Source: a virus (lineage: Duplodnaviria; Caudoviricetes). Taken from it: a DNA stretch of 64,000 nt. Shown piece by piece: positions 61,550 through 64,000 of the stretch (positions are counted from its first letter, which is position 1; each line of letters starts with the position of its first letter). The notes beneath the pieces are model-generated. The model ran no database searches. It was not told where the DNA came from and saw only the letters and a list, made by a program, of their open reading frames with translations. The DNA lies in the IMG/VR virus record IMGVR_UViG_2675903061_000001, positions 1 through 64,000 of that record. The stretch is one strand, 5' to 3'. The position numbers were made by a program, and so were the translations under genes.

Positions 61550-62229
61550 CGACGCATCTGGTGGTGGGCGCAGGAGAGGTGGGCACTGCGGTGCACGCGG
61601 TGCTGTCCTGCGCCCACGACGCCCTCATCCGAGACATCGAGCCGGTGCCTGTGGGGGCGGAGGTGCTGCACGTGTGCTTCCCCTGGTCGGAGGATTTCGC
61701 TGCGCAGGTCAAGGCGTATGCCGACGAGCACGGTGCCGGCCTGGTGGTGGTGCATTCCACCGTGCCGCCCGGGACGTGCGATCCGCACGGGTGGGTGCAT
61801 TCCCCGGTTCGGGGGCGGCATCCGCACCTGGCGCCGGCCCTGCGCGCGTTCATCAAGCACTTCGGCGGCCACCACGCCGCCGAGGCCGCGCAGGCCTGGG
61901 AGGACGCGGGCGTCCGCACCCGCGTGCACACGCTGGCCGCCGACACCGAGGCGGGGAAATTGTGGGAGCTGGTCCAGTTCGGTGTGCAGGTGCGGGTGGA
62001 GAAAGCCATCCATGCGTGGTGTGCCGAGAGAGGGCTGGACGCCGATGTGGTGTACCGGCAGATGGCCGAGACCTACAACGACGGCTACGCCGACCTCGGC
62101 GAGCACCGGTTTCTGCGGCCGGTGCTGGCCCACATGCCCGGCGATATCGGGGGGCACTGCGTGCGGCCCATGGCCGCGCTGCTCGATCACCCCCTGGCCG
62201 AGATGGTGACCCGTGGCCTCGATTCCTGA
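61546..62229 (+). CDS. Truncated UDP-glucose/GDP-mannose dehydrogenase-family enzyme
   Basis: Rossmann VVGAGEVG, HSTVPPGT, TEAGKL, catalytic-type GGHC. Confidence 0.75.
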   Translation: MTTHLVVGAGEVGTAVHAVLSCAHDALIRDIEPVPVGAEVLHVCFPWSEDFAAQVKAYADEHGAGLVVVHSTVPPGTCDPHGWVHSPVRGRHPHLAPALRAFIKHFGGHHAAEAAQAWEDAGVRTRVHTLAADTEAGKLWELVQFGVQVRVEKAIHAWCAERGLDADVVYRQMAETYNDGYADLGEHRFLRPVLAHMPGDIGGHCVRPMAALLDHPLAEMVTRGLDS

Positions 62230-62881
62230 GGTGCTTCACCGTATCTGGCTGGATGACCCGATGCCGCCGGAGTTCGAGGAGTACGGGCGGCGCTGGGCCG
62301 AGCTGCACCCGGGGTGGGAGATCCGGGAGTGGCGCAGCTCGGCCGAGCTTCCGGTGCTGGCCACCCAGGACCTGTTCGACGCCGCGCGCGAGGTGTGTCC
62401 GCGGGACTGGAAGCGGTTCCAGGCGGACCTGCTGCGCCTGGAGCTGCTGGACCAGTATGGCGGGGTGTATGTGGACACCGATGTGCAGCCGCTGCGGCCG
62501 CTCGGGCCGCTGCTGGCGCAGGTCGGAGACCAGGCGTTCGTGCCGTGGTCGCCGAACCGGGGCGCGGGCGGGCGCAGGCTGCTGACGCAGTGCGTGCTCG
62601 GTGCGCCGCCGGGGCACCGGTGGATCCGGGCGTGCATCGCCGGCATCCCCGACGCGGTCAGCCGGTACCGGGGGCGTCCGTTGGCGCAGATGGTCGGCCC
62701 GCACCACGTCACCCGCGTGTGGGAGCAGAACCCGCAGGGCGTGACGGTGCTGGACGAGGAGCTGTTCGGGCCGCAGAGCAACCGCGCGCGGGACCGCGGG
62801 CAGGCCCCCGACCTGTCGCGGTCCTACGCGTGGCACCGGTGGGCGAACACCCGGGACCGGCGGCGGGGAGGTGTGCGATGA
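62213..62881 (+). CDS. GT32/DXD-motif glycosyltransferase
   Basis: IPEVLHRIW, ADLLRLELL..YGGVYVDTDV, GP, YAWHRW. Confidence 0.9.
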   Translation: MASIPEVLHRIWLDDPMPPEFEEYGRRWAELHPGWEIREWRSSAELPVLATQDLFDAAREVCPRDWKRFQADLLRLELLDQYGGVYVDTDVQPLRPLGPLLAQVGDQAFVPWSPNRGAGGRRLLTQCVLGAPPGHRWIRACIAGIPDAVSRYRGRPLAQMVGPHHVTRVWEQNPQGVTVLDEELFGPQSNRARDRGQAPDLSRSYAWHRWANTRDRRRGGVR

Positions 62882-63828
62882 CGTCGTATCAGCCTGTGTG
62901 GCGCGGCGGGCAGGCCGTCGCCGAAGGGGAGCGGGAGTGCGCGGACCGGTGGGAGCCGATCCGCGAAGTCCTCGCCGCCGTGGAGCAGCCGTTCACGGTG
63001 CTGGACCTGGGCGCGGCGCAGGGCTACTTCTCGGCCCGGGCGGCGGAGGAGTTCGGCTGCCGCGTCTCCGCGATCGACTCCGACCGGGCGGTTGCGCAGG
63101 CGGCCAGTTCGCTGGTCACGCCGTATGTGCGGCGCGTCGACGCCTCCGGCCTGCGGCACATGGCCCGGCACGATGTGGTGCTGGCGCTGTCGGTGCTGCA
63201 CCACTTCGGCGACTGGCGTGCGGTGCTGCGGCAGGTGCGTGCCTGCCGGCGCTGGGCGGTGGTGGAGGTGCCGCACCCGGGCGAGCGGTGGCTGCGCTCG
63301 GCCGCCGCCCGGCACCAGCTGGCCGCGATTCATGACGCGGTCGCCGCGGTGGCCGAGCGCAGGCTGGGCGAGTTCGAGCGCACCGGCCGGGACGGCTCGC
63401 GGCACATGCGGCCGATGTACCTGCTGCGCGGCACCGTCCGCACGGTGGAGGGCGAGGTGTTCGGCGGCTCGGGCACCTGCTCGCGCAAGCTGCGCCCGCA
63501 CCTCCACGCCGCGGGCCTGGACCGGGAGCTGGGCTACCAGCCGTTCCCGGGCAGCCTGAACCTGCGCTGCAAGGAGCCGCCCGTCCTGGGGGCGCCGGCG
63601 GTGAACTGGCCCGGCCGCGTCGGCGGCAAGAGCCGGCCGTACTGGTTCTGGGAGGCGTGGGTCGGGAAGCTCGCGGTCCACGCCATGGACCCGGCCGGCC
63701 GCGGACACGGCCCCGACTGCATTGAGGTCGTCGCCCCCGTCCGTCTGCGGGACCGGCTGTCCCTGGCCGACGGCGACACCGTCCGCCTGGACGTCGAGAC
63801 CACCGAGAAGGGAGCGGACCATGGTTGA
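62878..63828 (+). CDS. Class I SAM methyltransferase fused to CTP-dependent riboflavin kinase-like (DUF120) domain
   Basis: VLDLGAAQGYFS, LSVLHH; C-terminal GEVFGGSG, LGYQPFPGSLN, IEVVAPVRLRDRLSLADGDTV. Confidence 0.8.
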   Translation: MTSYQPVWRGGQAVAEGERECADRWEPIREVLAAVEQPFTVLDLGAAQGYFSARAAEEFGCRVSAIDSDRAVAQAASSLVTPYVRRVDASGLRHMARHDVVLALSVLHHFGDWRAVLRQVRACRRWAVVEVPHPGERWLRSAAARHQLAAIHDAVAAVAERRLGEFERTGRDGSRHMRPMYLLRGTVRTVEGEVFGGSGTCSRKLRPHLHAAGLDRELGYQPFPGSLNLRCKEPPVLGAPAVNWPGRVGGKSRPYWFWEAWVGKLAVHAMDPAGRGHGPDCIEVVAPVRLRDRLSLADGDTVRLDVETTEKGADHG

Positions 63829-64000
63829 CCGCTGGTCCCTGTCCCCGGCCGAGCGGGCCGCGCGGCGGGAGCGGGTGCGCCGCCGCGCCGCCGCCCGCGA
63901 CGCGCGGGTGCCGGAGGGCAAGACCTACACCCTACGCAAGCACCGCAAGTCCTTTCAGATGTGGGCGTGGCCGGGGAAGATCGCGGCCTGCCTGGAAGCC
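63821..64000 (+). CDS. Next coupled gene (partial; function not determinable)
   Basis: MVDRWSLSPAERAARRERV...KIAACLEA, open to window end, overlaps previous stop. Confidence 0.6.
   Translation, partial: MVDRWSLSPAERAARRERVRRRAAARDARVPEGKTYTLRKHRKSFQMWAWPGKIAACLEA

Larger units (their letters stand above)
10973..64000. mobile_element. Prophage B (siphovirus-like, integrated in tRNA-Lys, continues beyond window)
   Basis: att, int, repressor/Cro, recombination, replication, packaging and head genes in canonical order. Confidence 0.92.

Noticed and set aside
63440-63828. Riboflavin/FMN biosynthesis auxiliary gene
   Set aside because: Fused to a glycan-type methyltransferase in a glycosyltransferase operon with no other rib genes; a flavin role is less parsimonious but untested.
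1-64000. Reverse transcriptase systems (DGR, retron, group II intron) and IS transposases
   Set aside because: No RT (YADD-type) or DDE transposase motifs seen in any plausible ORF.

Overview
High-GC actinomycete (Streptomyces-like) DNA made almost entirely of nested mobile elements. (1) 1-~4170 is the end of an AICE/satellite-like integrative element (DUF3631-type P-loop gene, xis, XRE repressor, tyrosine integrase, one cargo gene). Its right edge abuts the 3' half of a phage r1t-type holin gene. (2) ~4174-10970 is the right end of an older prophage: holin remnant, lysis-associated gene, terminator, XRE-TPR regulator cluster and an Spd-like membrane operon. (3) A 3'-half tRNA-Lys(UUU) att duplicate lies at 10973-11019. 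From there a second, apparently intact siphovirus-like prophage runs past the window end. It carries an integrase, a repressor/Cro switch, a RecE/Sak4-like recombination pair, three orphan DNA methyltransferases, an iteron-containing initiator plus DnaB, many small early genes, HNH/cos, a prim-pol, terminase, portal, scaffold and major capsid. The two most striking signals are both in this prophage. (a) A complete plasmid-type conjugation unit is embedded in it: GntR/Kor repressor with operators, Spd-like proteins, TraB/FtsK and a clt-like 8-bp repeat array. (b) A glycan-building cassette is translationally coupled to the major capsid gene: nucleotide-sugar dehydrogenase, GT32 glycosyltransferase, and a WbdD-like methyltransferase fused to an archaeal-type CTP-dependent riboflavin-kinase fold. 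All family assignments come from motif recognition by eye; no database searches were run.
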